Below are positions 13,160-24,032 of a DNA stretch of 46,726 bases, one piece after another; the stretch's first letter is position 1, and each line of letters begins with the position of its first letter. Made by a program: the position numbers and the translations under genes. Source of the stretch: Parasitella parasitica NRRL 2501 (taxonomy: Eukaryota; Fungi; Mucoromycota); NCBI GenBank assembly GCA_025201805.1, contig MU619371.1:41138-87863 (forward strand). The letters are read 5' to 3'. Under the pieces are notes generated by a model, which worked only from the letters and a program-made list of their open reading frames with translations, was not told where the DNA came from and did not search any database.

Positions 13160-14443
13160 ATGCAAGATGATGACTGGGAAGTGGACATCAATTTAGGATT
13201 AGAATCAATGCACTCCATCTTTCGCAAAAGAGCCGTACCCGCCTATGAACCGGACAAAGACCTGGCATTGGCTTGCGAGAGGTATCAGTATCCCCAAAAC
13301 TACATGAACGACGACCTGAGCAGCATTGCCAGCAGCGTTGTATCAAGTCGATTTTCTGAACTATCTCTTCACCATAATATCGACGATTTCATGCTTGACG
13401 ACCCTACGCCACCAAAGCCACTGCAGCCGCCGCCGCCGCCGAACGAGATGACTATAAAAGAGCAGCAAAACTTGCCTGGCGTTGTAAGGAAGCTAGGCCT
13501 CCGCTTTCAAAATGTAATACAAGAGAACGACGATTGGAGCGACGATGTTGAGATCCCTACAAAGGAGACCCCACTAATCATGGCAAAACAAAGAGAATAC
13601 GTGCAGCAGATTGATTTTGACGGCGACATTGGCCCTTCTGTCAGCGAGCGTATGGCTCGTTCGACAGCGCCCCCCACAGTCGCTCCGAAATTCAGGTACG
13701 ACGTCGAACAAGACGACGATCAAAATGACATGGCTGGCATAGATTTTCCTGCAAACATGGCTATTCTTTCAAAGCGCCTAGAGGAAAAGAAAACGTCTGC
13801 CAGTGCTCTGTCACCTCCAACCGAGATGACACGGACCATCCATAAGAGCAAAATTCCAACCTCTCCGAAATCAAAATTGCTCGCCTCCATGCGAGAAAGA
13901 GACAATGAAGATTTCGCAGATGGCCTGCATCTTGAAGAGAAAAGCCTTCATGTGGATATATCCAGCAAGCCATCCCGGCAACCACAGACCGGCAGCAAAA
14001 AAGCCAAGTCTCCGGCTAATAATCTGACAACCAGTAGACTAGCCAGACCAACGCCTGTTTCCAAAAGCCGCATCCCAGAGATACCCAAGCGACAGCAGCT
14101 TGGCCGCCAACAGCCAACAGCAGCACAATTGCCAGCAAGACGCAATATCTTGGCAGGCACGCAATCACCAGTAAAGCGCGAGGACGACAAGAACGTAGTT
14201 TTAGCTAAAGAAAGACAACAGCCAAGGCCCATCGTAAACAGAGCGTCACCGTCCAAGGAACCCATTGAAAGAAAAAGCGCAGCTGGCTACACCTTAATTT
14301 CACAGCCAAAGAACAATAAAGAAGGCTACTGTTTGCAGTTGGACAATTTGGACAATCTAAATGACCTTCGACCCAAATTTTCATGGCAAAAAAGCAGAAG
14401 CAAACATGGAACGGATTCACAGCGTCCTTGGCGTAGAAACATA

Positions 14444-14493
<50 letters not shown>

Positions 14494-15084
14494 ACAACAA
14501 CAAAAACCGCAACAGGTAACATTTTGATTGTCTGTAATTGCAAATTAAATTAACTGCAATATTTTCATTGTTAGAAAGCCAAGGTCAGATTGATTAAACT
14601 ACATGAGCAGCCAATCAAAAGGAAATACAACAATATGGTATTTGATCCAGTTGCTCAGAAGTGGAAGGGAAATGAGCAGAGCTTACAAGACTTCCAAGAG
14701 AAAACATACCGTCGTCCAATGCTGATGACCCAACGACAACAAAAACCAAGCCACTATGCCGCTGTCATGGGCAACACAATGGTGTTCAATGCGACTGAAC
14801 AAAAATGGGTGTCTGCCTATGGTCCCCAGCAAGAATTCAACGAGCTAGATGCCATCGAGGATCTGGTTGAGGATGCTCCAGCACAGAGACGCATCATGAT
14901 CAACAATAGGCCCTCAGGCGCACATAGCGTGGAGTTTAAACTGTCAGTGGAAACCAAGCGACAGATGATGCTGGATCAGCAAAAGCACGAAGCATTCATT
15001 CGAAACTGGCCGTTGGGGGACGAGCCTCTTATTCATAGACTTGGCCATTCTGTTGGACAGTCCAAGTACTTTTTATTCCAATAA
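13160..15084 (+). CDS. Byr4/Bfa1-like septation/mitotic-exit GAP scaffold, 2 exons (intron about 14515-14574)
   Basis: Disordered N-terminal part with DDW motifs. C-terminal imperfect duplication MVFDPVAQKWKGNEQSLQDF ... MVFNATEQKWVS...DAIEDL is typical of Byr4/Bfa1. Confidence 0.78.
14444..14503 (+). repeat. CAG/CAA microsatellite encoding about 20 Gln
   Basis: Direct reading of the sequence. Confidence 0.92.
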
Positions 15085-15303
15085 AACATGAGATTTGATT
15101 CCTAATGATGTACACATACATTTCTGAACGACCGTAAAAGGAAATTAGTTTTCAACAGCAAGCCTGTTTTTGTAAGATCGTATACGGTAATTATTTAACG
15201 TAACATTTCTCCTTGATTTTACGGAACTTTTTTATTATTATTATTATTATTATTTTTATTTACTTTCTTTCTTTCTTTATTTGCTGTTATAAACCGCTAG
15301 TAC

Positions 15304-17425
15304 ATGATGACTGTAGACTTGTTCACTGACGGAGCACACATTCAAGCCAACGACCTGATCAACCAGATGGCCGAACTGGAGGTAAAGCGTTGCAACCGCA
15401 TGCCGTTTGGCACCCATTAATAATGAATTGTTAGGGCGGCTTGCACGCCATGCTGGAAAAGGTCAAGGGCGACTCACAAATGACCAAGGTAAGTTGCCAT
15501 GGCGACGAAGAAAGCGGCGGCGGCGGCGGCGGCGGATCAAAGCACGCTAACAGTGTGTTTGCAGGATATTTCTACCTTTTTAAAGAAAAGGGCATTTTTA
15601 GAAGATAGCTACGGTAGAGACATGGTCAAAGTAGCACAGACAACAGCAGAGGCATTTGACAAAGCGCATCCGAAATCAGGGTAACACAATGAAGCAGGGA
15701 GCGGCATCAGCGTACTCAAAAATGCTGGTTTTGTAGGACGTTTGGTGATGTTTGGATTTCCATGCTGAAAGTGCACGAAAACATTGGAAATCAACGCATC
15801 AAGTTTGCTGCTACCATCTCTGATTCGGCAGAGGACCTGCTGTCTGTCGGCAAAAATATCGAAAAGGACAGAAAAAAGGTAACTACACAATGGCAAGTGC
15901 GATCTGCGCTGCGATGGCTCACCAATGCCTAGATCAAAGATGCAGGCATGCACTATGAGAAGCTGGTAACAGATGCCGATCTGCAGCTGGAGAAGAGCAA
16001 GCAAAAGTTTGAAAACACCAACGAGGAGTGGGGCCGCGCTGTATCGCAGCGAAACCAAGAGCCTACACAGACCACCAAGAAGAATTTGTTCCGATCCAGT
16101 CGCACTCCAGCTCAGGTGAGTCTCTTGCAGGACTGACCCGCGCTCATACTCACGCTCTGTGGCCTCTCCCCACACATAGCTGGATAGAACAGAAAATGAA
16201 TGCAGGAATAAAATGGATGCTGCTGATGCTCAATACAAAGCGCAGCAGAAAAAGACGCTTCAGACACACGCAGAATACTATGAATCTCACCTCCCAAAAG
16301 TGCTCAAGGTAATTGCTTGACAGTAGAATGGACGTGCATGCATGATTTAATGCAGATGCAAATGTAGGATCTAAAAGCAGTAGATGATGAGTGCAACGTG
16401 GCCCTTCGATACCAATTGGCAAACTATGCCTATACATTCGAGCAAGCACTAACTGAAGATGGTTTAGCACTGGATAACGACCAAGGCACAGGATTAAGAG
16501 GCCTCATCACAAAGATTAGATACGATGCCGATTGGGTGGAGTTTGTTCGACTTTGCGCCGAGAGAAGCAGTAGAGTACAAAAGAATGAGCTTGTCCAGCC
16601 AGAGAATACAGTAAGGTATCGGTTTTCTTGCGTGTAAAGCATGTCACTAAGCAATCTCTTTAGCTGCCTGCGAATGCCAATTTCAGCAATAATCGAGTCT
16701 TTGGCGTGTCGTTAGAAAAGCAAGCGGAAATGTCCGAGGATATGGTGCCTGACATTCTAAAGCAATGCGCAACAGTAGTAGAGGAATACGCTCTTAGCTC
16801 AGTGGGGATATACAGGATTCCAGGAACAAATAGTCGTATACAAAAGATCAAACAGAAGTTTGAAAACGGAGATCCTAACCCCATATCTGAGGAGGACTTG
16901 ACTGACATTAATAACGTTACGAGCGTGCTGAAATTGTGGTTTAGAGAATTGCCTGATCCTCTGTTTCCTTCAAGTTTCTACAATCAATTTTTGGATGCAG
17001 TTAGTAAGTTTCCCTCTATTATACCCAAAAAGCCTCTTTAATTTAATACTGTCGTAGAATCGCCCGATGATAGAAGTAGGGTTATTTGCTTACACACTAT
17101 TATCAATGACTTATCAGATGCTCACTACGCTACGCTAAAATATCTAATGTGCCATCTTGACAAGTAAGTACATAAGCCCTGTCATCCTTCAATGTGCATT
17201 GTTTTTAAAATCTGTGTCTTATTCAGGGTCCAATCTCAGCAGCGCCTCAATAAAATGGGTGCTTCAAATCTAGCGACCATCTTTGGCCTGACATTGATGA
17301 GTAGTGAAAGTGGCTCGCAGTCTCAGATGGGTGTTCACGACAATCAGCGTTTTGGAGATTCTCAGTTGCAAGCTCAGGTTGTTCAAACAATATTGGAAAA
17401 CTATTCCGAAATCTTTGAAGAATAA
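15304..17425 (+). CDS. F-BAR (FCH) + RhoGAP protein (Rgd1-like), many short exons
   Basis: N-terminal coiled coil with FLKKRAFLEDSYGR (FCH motif). C-terminal VFGVSL...VPDILKQC...GIYRIPG...DINNVTSVLKLWFRELPDPLF...NKMGASNLATIFG RhoGAP domain. Confidence 0.92.
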
Positions 17426-18073
17426 GAACAGATTATAGATATACATTTCTTCAATAAATAATATGCTTAAAATACCGTAGTTTATAGCCTTTTAAAACGG
17501 GGGCTGGACTAAAATGCACATGCAGCTGCTTTTTCAAAGAAGAAAAAATGAAAATAACTGCGCCAGGACATCTCGAGTTTGAATAGGCTCAAGTATGCAG
17601 ATCTTTTTGATGATGCTTTTCAAGGATCATACAAAGTCATGAAACATTAATAGCCTTTTGAACCCTGCAAGGCATTTCTTATAGTATATTCTTGTCTAAA
17701 ATGGAAAAATATTGGATTTTGCACAATAAAGCAATAAAAAAAAGCCTACATCCCTGTTTCAAGCTACAAAATCTTAAAATTAAGGCTTCCAAAGTCTGAT
17801 GCCCTTCACTCGCATGATTTATGGCTTTCATTAACGTACACCTATGCAACATATCTGACAATACTAGATGATTTTCGATACATTTACACCCGCCAGTACT
17901 TTGACTGATAGACTTTCTTGGCAATATTTTTGTAAACCGCAGATTTGTGAGTAATAAAGCTAGTGGTGATTTGAAATTAGAATGATTTGAGAGTTAGCCA
18001 TATATACATTGTGTAGTATAAATCGTGTCACGCAAGAAAACTTGATCCTTTTGTCACTGATATCAACAAAAGG

Positions 18074-19887
18074 ATCTGATAAGAGTCTTTAAAATTCAAG
18101 GGTCATGAGAATGCGGGGTTGCGCATCCGATTTAGTTTTTGTGCATCGTATGTCATAAATGATCTGATAAGAAACCAAGAAATCAATCTATGATTGAATT
18201 GATGCAAACTCTATATTTCAGGTGCCTTCTGATTTGCACCCAGCTATATTTCGAAATAGCATTCCTTCGAGATAGACCCTTCCACTTCATACGCTTTTCG
18301 TGCTTATTAAAAGTTTAATATCCCAAGAACCAAAGTACAGACGTTAACTTTCGATAGATAATGTACATATTTAACAAATCAGCCTTTATGTTTGGCAAAA
18401 CTTGTTTTTTTCTTTCTTTTTTTTTTGTATGATGTGAACTACAAAGCTATTAAATGGTCTGCTTCTGGAGCCGCTGTATTAAAAGATAACAGAAGATTTA
18501 GGAGTTTTTCAATACAAACAAAGAAATGGGGCTCATACGAATAGATATCCTGAATCTAGTCCTCCAAAACTAAAAGTGAGATACATGCATGTACTTTCTG
18601 CGTGCACAAATTAAAGGATCTGATAAGATTTTTCTTTCTTGCTATTATTGTTTAACCCGAGGTGCCAAGGATTATTTTAGGTCTAAAGATTAAAGATTAT
18701 TTGAGAAAATGAAACTTTATTTATCCAGTGTTTTATATGATTATAAGCGATACTTTTTCATTTATCAGATCTTACGCAATCAGATAATTATGCGGGGGTT
18801 CTTGAAAAAGATCTGATAAAGAACTTGACTAAAAAAAAAAAAACGAATTAATTAAAAATAAAAAAAAGATAATCTAATAATTATTCTCGTCAGAATCCTG
18901 GGAATATAATTTTGTTTTCGAACATTTTGGTTTATACTAGACTCTTTACTTTTTACCGCTTTATAGCCGTGTTTTTTTTGAATGGTAACATTTGTCTGAT
19001 TATGTCCTGTATCTGCCAGATTATAATTGTTTATCATTTACTATCTAATCGTACACACATTTGCTAAAGGTTTTCTATGTCTTTTTTCAATCCTAATGTT
19101 ACATGTGGTAGCACTAGATTACGATGCGTTCTTGTTTCGGGAAAAAAAATTATCAGATCTTTTGATGGTTGGTTAATTGCGACATCCCCCCATACTTTGA
19201 GACGAATAAAGTTAAAGACCATTGGCGTGTGAAATCCTTATCTTTTGATGGTAAAGGCAAGATGCAGAAGCCTCTAGACACAAACAAAGGCAAGTTTCAT
19301 AAGAAAGGGAAAAAGATGGACAGAAATGAAAACAATGAGAATGTAAAATAAACATTTCTTATCAATTTGGTTTATCAGATCTTGAATAACTTTTTACTTT
19401 TTTTTTTTTTTTTTTTTTTNNNNNNNNNNNNNNNNNNNNNNNNNNNNNNNNNNNNNNNNNNNNNNNNNNAATAATAAAAAAAAAGGCTCTCACATACTCA
19501 ACCCCCCCCCCCAAAAGCTTTTATCAGATCTAAGAAGATTAGGCAATCTATTTTGGATTGTCGGGTATATTCGTTAGATTTCAAAACTGGTTGGACATAC
19601 TGCACTCTTTAATGACTCATGTATAACTGTATATTTTTATCCTCCAATTCGACGACGGAAAAGATCTGATAAAGATTTCATGCGAACCTGGGTCACTTTC
19701 AAACGACATACCTCGTCAAACTCCTTGTCAGATCTAAAAAGCACATGCCAAGTAAAAAAAAAAAAAAATCACCTTATAAATAAAAACAAGTTCAGCCTAT
19801 TTTTTGAGTTACTAGTCGAAGGATTTAAAATTTAGTAAACATAATGGTGCGATGTAAAGCAGGGGGCGGAGCTCTAGAATCAGATAA
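18074..19887. promoter_or_regulatory. Dense cluster of ATCWGATAA sites (SreA/Fep1-type iron-responsive GATA motif) upstream of the PPR gene
   Basis: Perfect matches at 18074, 18162, 18618, 18762(-), 18779, 18811, 19150(-), 19372(-), 19521(-), 19664 and 19879, in both orientations with unrelated flanks. Near-matches at about 19725 and 19937. Confidence 0.8.
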
Positions 19888-19959
19888 TCAAACAATTCGT
19901 TTGAACCTTAATTTGTTGTTAGGGTCACCTGCTAGGATCAGATATATAAACTATTTTTG

Positions 19960-20003
19960 ATTGGCCGTATCTCACAAACATCATTTCCATATTCTTATAA
20001 ATA
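19960..20003 (+). promoter_or_regulatory. Core promoter of the PPR gene: reverse CCAAT box and TATA box
   Basis: ATTGG at 19960-19964 and TATAAATA at 19996-20003, then a pyrimidine-rich tract about 85 bp before the ATG. Confidence 0.55.
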
Positions 20004-20088
20004 GGCAAGACAAATTTTCCCTCTTCCTTGTTTTTCTCTTTTAATTACATCCCTTAAAATAATATCAATTGTACTATAAATCATTACT

Positions 20089-23000
20089 ATGCAAATCATG
20101 ACCACCACAACTACATCGAAAGCTGCTGCCGCTGCTCTTCATAACAATAACAAATACACATCTCGTCGCAACAACAAGTACAAACAGCAATCACGTCGTC
20201 GCTCTTCTACTACGTCTACCAATAGTACCTCTTCTCAATCTCTGACTCTTCCTGCCCAGCAAAATTGGGAACACCAAAAGCATGACCTGCTCACAAAAGC
20301 CACATCTGCACAATCTCATCATACTCCAGACGAGGAGAAGGAAGAGCCCATCTTCAATATTGTATATAGTGCGCCTGTAGTAGATATGATAACTCCTCCT
20401 CCTTCCCCAAAGTCTTCTCCTCTGGCACCTTCGGCATCTCAAGCGTTTGAAGCCAACGACCGTATTCTCAATGTCAGACGTCTTGGCCAACTCAAGCTTC
20501 TCATGTCTGAGTACGCCGCTCTTCAGAAGGAAGGCCTTTTATTTACTGACCACACCTTCAACCTCATCTTTGATGCTTATGCAAGTCTTCGCCGTGATGG
20601 CACCCCTTTGACTCCCATGTTGAAAAGTAAGTTTCGCTGTGTGCAGCCCTTTTATCAGTTTAATCAGATAATTAATTTTCTCCTACCCCCCACCCCCTTT
20701 TCCTCCAATTCAGTGTATGAAGAAATGGTCCGCTCTGAGATCCAACCCAGCAGTTCCACATACACTCTTCTCATCCGAACCTTGTGTAAGCGTGATGTTG
20801 AAGTACAAAAGGTTATTGCCATGCTGAAGCGCCAAAATGCCCGCTCTTCCAGCCATCAAACCAAGTCCAACAACATGGCCGAACTGGAATCCGAAGAGAA
20901 TCTGCAAAAGGCCTTGGCCATGTTTGATGCTGCTGTCTCTGAAAGTCTGGTACAGTTCTTTGACGCCGAGCTTTACAATCAGATTTTACGTGTATTGTCG
21001 CACTATGGTAACACCGAGCAATCCCTTTATGTGTATCAGCAGCTGGAGACCCACTCCATGCCCACATCTGCTACCTTTGCTGCGCTCATCAACCTGTTTG
21101 GCCGTGTCGGTGATCTGTCTTCGGCCTTGGTGTACTTTGAAAAGTATGCTCAGCTCAAAGACAGCGTTGGTCCCCACGATGCCTCGTACGTGTACAATGC
21201 CTTGGTCGATGCCCATCTTAAATGCCACCATCTGGAAGGTGCGCTCAAGATTGTCCAGCAAGATATGATGTCTGCCGATGTCAAGATTTCTACAATCCCC
21301 TACAACTCAATCATCCGCTATTACTGCATCGAGAATCAGCTGGACCAGGCCAAAGAGCTCATTCAGTCCATGAAGGACGCCTATCCTCAACCGGACGCCA
21401 GCAGCTATGGCCCGGTCCTTTCCTCATACTGCCAATTGGGCCTTTACAGCGAAGCCACTGAAATGTATCAAGCTCTTATCCAGACCGACATCTCCAAATC
21501 GTATGGCAATCTGGCCAACTATGCGTTGCTGTGTCTCAAGGATTCTGGTAGCGGCAACAAGGTAATTGAAGTTGTGAACGATATGCACCGTGCTGGCCTT
21601 GAGCCTGACTCTGTCTTGGCTGAGCGTATCGTTACTCATTTTGCTAAGCTTGGCCAAGTCAATGATGCTATTACTGCACTTGGTTGCATCCTTGACGCTA
21701 TGAAGGCTCGTTCCCTTGCCAAGGGCATTGCGCAAGTCAAAAATGCTTCTATTCAAGTCGCTACTGCTGCCCAGGGTTGTTTCGAACAGACTTTGCAAGT
21801 GGCTCGTATGATGGTTCCTCATTGCCCCCATGGTTTGCCTCTGCAGTTGGCCAAGACACTGATTGAAGACTTTGAATTTGACGCTAACCACGACGTAGTA
21901 AACCAGTCTGACTACGCCATCTTGTTTGATGCCTCGATTACGATTGCATCTGATGCTTCTCGCAGCAAGTCCTCTCTGTCTCCCATCAACATTTTCGTGT
22001 TCTGTCTTCAATCCGAACTGACTAGCAAAGGCTTCAAGGTGTGCCCCAGTGTCAAGTCTCGCGTAGCTGCCTACTTTGCTCGTGTGGGTGACAAGAAGGC
22101 CGCTCAAAAGTGGGATGCTCTCTTCAACAAGGTCGAAGGCTTTGCTGCTATTGTTGCCAGCCCTGTTACTACTGCTGCAGTATCGGAATCTGAGGAGGCG
22201 TCTGCTGCTGTCATGAAGGCTGCTATCCATGGGCAACTCGACGAATCTCTTGAAATCTTGCGTACGCGCATCGCCGATGCTAGCCTTGTACCTACTGCTG
22301 AACCTCTCCGTGATGCTATCGCCTTTGTCGGTAAGCAAGGCCATCTTGAAACTGCTGTTGCCATGTACCGTCTCGCTATCAAGTGTTTCAAAAAGTCTTC
22401 TCTGGACTCACAGCGTATGGAACGCGCTATTTACATGATGACAAACAGCATTCTTATCGGGTATGCGCAACAGGGCGACATGGTCAATGCTAAAAAGTAC
22501 TATGAACAAATCAAGTTGATGGGCCGCTTCCCTGATGGCAATGGCTATGCTAGCTTGCTGCTTGGCAGTGCTAAATGCGCTACTGATGAAGCCACTGATG
22601 CCCTGACCATCTACGACGAAGCCAAGCGCCGTGATGTCAAGCCCACCACTTTCTTTTACAACGTTGTAATCTCCAAGCTGGCCAAGGCACGTAAATTGGA
22701 TGCTGCTATGAAACTCTTTGAAGAAATGCAAAGCTTCAAGGTCATGCCCAACTCCATCACTTATGGCGCCATCATTTCTGCATGTGTTCGCGCTGGTTCC
22801 GAACCCTTGGCTCGCAGATTGTTTGCTGAAATGCTGGCTTCGCCCTCTTTCCAGCCTCGCGTTGGCCCGTTCAACAATATGATTCAGTTCTATGTTCGTC
22901 AGCAGCCCGACCGTGAGCGTGCTCTCGAGTACTTTGCCGAATTGCGCCGTCGCCATATCAAGCCTTCTGCTCACACATACAAGCTTTTGATGGAAGCCTA

Positions 23001-23577
23001 TTCTCTGATTGCTCCTTATGACATGCCTACTGCCCACCGTATGTTGAGTGATATGGAACGCTGCGACCATCTTCGTCCTCAAGCTACTCATTATGCGACT
23101 TTAATTTACTCTTACGGCACTCTCCAGCGTGATGTCAGGAGCGCTGATCGAGTCTTCCAGGATATGGACGCCAAGAACGTAGCCAAGGATGAGGTTGTTT
23201 ACCAAGCTATGCTCGACACTCTTGTGAGCAATGACCAGTTGGCCCGTGCTGAAAAGCTTTATGCCAAGATGCAAGGCGCTATTCAAAAGAGCTCTTCTCC
23301 CTACATCGAAAATGTCTTTATCCGTGGCTATGGTCAAAAGGGTCTATTGGACAAGGCCAAGGCTATGTTTGATGCTATGACTGATGACAAGATTACAAGC
23401 AATCAATCCTCCTCTTCTGCTGCTGTTATTCGCGAGCCCAGTACATATGAAGCTATGGTTCGTGCCTATGTTGAAAACAAGAGAATGACTGAAGCCAAAG
23501 AGATCTTTGAATTGATGGTGCAACGTGAGTTCCCTGAAAAGGTCACTGCCTTGGTAGCTGAATTGATTTCTGCTTAA
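20089..23577 (+). CDS. Large pentatricopeptide-repeat (PPR) protein, probably mitochondrial and Ppr5-like; one 87-nt intron at 20627-20713
   Basis: Many 35-aa PPR units (e.g. PTTFFYNVVISKLAKARKLDAAMKLFEEMQSFKVMPNSITYGAIISACVR; PSAHTYKLLMEAY). The first ~60 aa are R/K/S/T-rich and free of acidic residues. Removing GTAAGT...CAG restores MLKMYEEM. Confidence 0.93.
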   Translation: MQIMTTTTTSKAAAAALHNNNKYTSRRNNKYKQQSRRRSSTTSTNSTSSQSLTLPAQQNWEHQKHDLLTKATSAQSHHTPDEEKEEPIFNIVYSAPVVDMITPPPSPKSSPLAPSASQAFEANDRILNVRRLGQLKLLMSEYAALQKEGLLFTDHTFNLIFDAYASLRRDGTPLTPMLKSKFRCVQPFYQFNQIINFLLPPTPFSSNSVYEEMVRSEIQPSSSTYTLLIRTLCKRDVEVQKVIAMLKRQNARSSSHQTKSNNMAELESEENLQKALAMFDAAVSESLVQFFDAELYNQILRVLSHYGNTEQSLYVYQQLETHSMPTSATFAALINLFGRVGDLSSALVYFEKYAQLKDSVGPHDASYVYNALVDAHLKCHHLEGALKIVQQDMMSADVKISTIPYNSIIRYYCIENQLDQAKELIQSMKDAYPQPDASSYGPVLSSYCQLGLYSEATEMYQALIQTDISKSYGNLANYALLCLKDSGSGNKVIEVVNDMHRAGLEPDSVLAERIVTHFAKLGQVNDAITALGCILDAMKARSLAKGIAQVKNASIQVATAAQGCFEQTLQVARMMVPHCPHGLPLQLAKTLIEDFEFDANHDVVNQSDYAILFDASITIASDASRSKSSLSPINIFVFCLQSELTSKGFKVCPSVKSRVAAYFARVGDKKAAQKWDALFNKVEGFAAIVASPVTTAAVSESEEASAAVMKAAIHGQLDESLEILRTRIADASLVPTAEPLRDAIAFVGKQGHLETAVAMYRLAIKCFKKSSLDSQRMERAIYMMTNSILIGYAQQGDMVNAKKYYEQIKLMGRFPDGNGYASLLLGSAKCATDEATDALTIYDEAKRRDVKPTTFFYNVVISKLAKARKLDAAMKLFEEMQSFKVMPNSITYGAIISACVRAGSEPLARRLFAEMLASPSFQPRVGPFNNMIQFYVRQQPDRERALEYFAELRRRHIKPSAHTYKLLMEAYSLIAPYDMPTAHRMLSDMERCDHLRPQATHYATLIYSYGTLQRDVRSADRVFQDMDAKNVAKDEVVYQAMLDTLVSNDQLARAEKLYAKMQGAIQKSSSPYIENVFIRGYGQKGLLDKAKAMFDAMTDDKITSNQSSSSAAVIREPSTYEAMVRAYVENKRMTEAKEIFELMVQREFPEKVTALVAELISA

Positions 23578-23876
23578 ATTTCTCATATCTTTATAAGCTT
23601 GCATTACTGTATATATACTTGCTGATAATAAACTTTTGTAAATACACTTTAAAACATATGACAATCTTGTATTTTGATTTAAATGTCTACTCGCGGCCAA
23701 TTGATCTTGTACTTGTAAAAAAGGGGTGCTTATAATGAGTATTATTATGCGGGTAGCTTTTCTACTCTGTGCTCGCAAAGCATTGGCTGAAAATGTCAAA
23801 TCAAGTCTTAAGAACAGTGTGCATTATTTGAGACATTGCAAAAGTTGACTTTCAACAGTAGCTGATTCAAGTACTT

Positions 23877-24032
23877 TTTTTATTCGCGAATTCAGTAAAA
23901 GTTGAGTGATAGGCATAAAGATCCTTCTGATTGGAAAATACTTGCTGTTTGAATTGCCATATTAAAACTATCAAGGGCAAAATGCTTCTAGCAGGCCATC
24001 ACCTCAACTTTTACTGAATTCGCGAATAAAAA
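23877..24032. mobile_element. MITE-like element with 30-bp perfect terminal inverted repeats
   Basis: TTTTTATTCGCGAATTCAGTAAAAGTTGAG (23877-23906) is the exact reverse complement of 24003-24032, with a 96-bp non-coding spacer. Confidence 0.7.

Noticed and set aside
11867-13165. Long ORFs of 290-432 aa in the ORF track (similar cases at 2504-2968 and 37793-38284)
   Set aside because: Artefacts of translating through N gaps.
3232-17425. G-alpha, two RhoGAPs and the Byr4-like gene as a signalling gene cluster
   Set aside because: These are large common families acting on different GTPases, so proximity is plausible by chance without synteny evidence.
18074-19887. The repeated GATCTGATAA motif read as a CRISPR-like array or satellite
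   Set aside because: Units are only 9-13 bp, irregularly spaced and in both orientations with non-homologous flanks, which fits transcription-factor sites.
20191-23799. Several antisense and alternate-frame ORFs over the PPR gene (also over 29673-31460)
   Set aside because: Shadows of biased codon usage in the real genes; no recognisable motifs.
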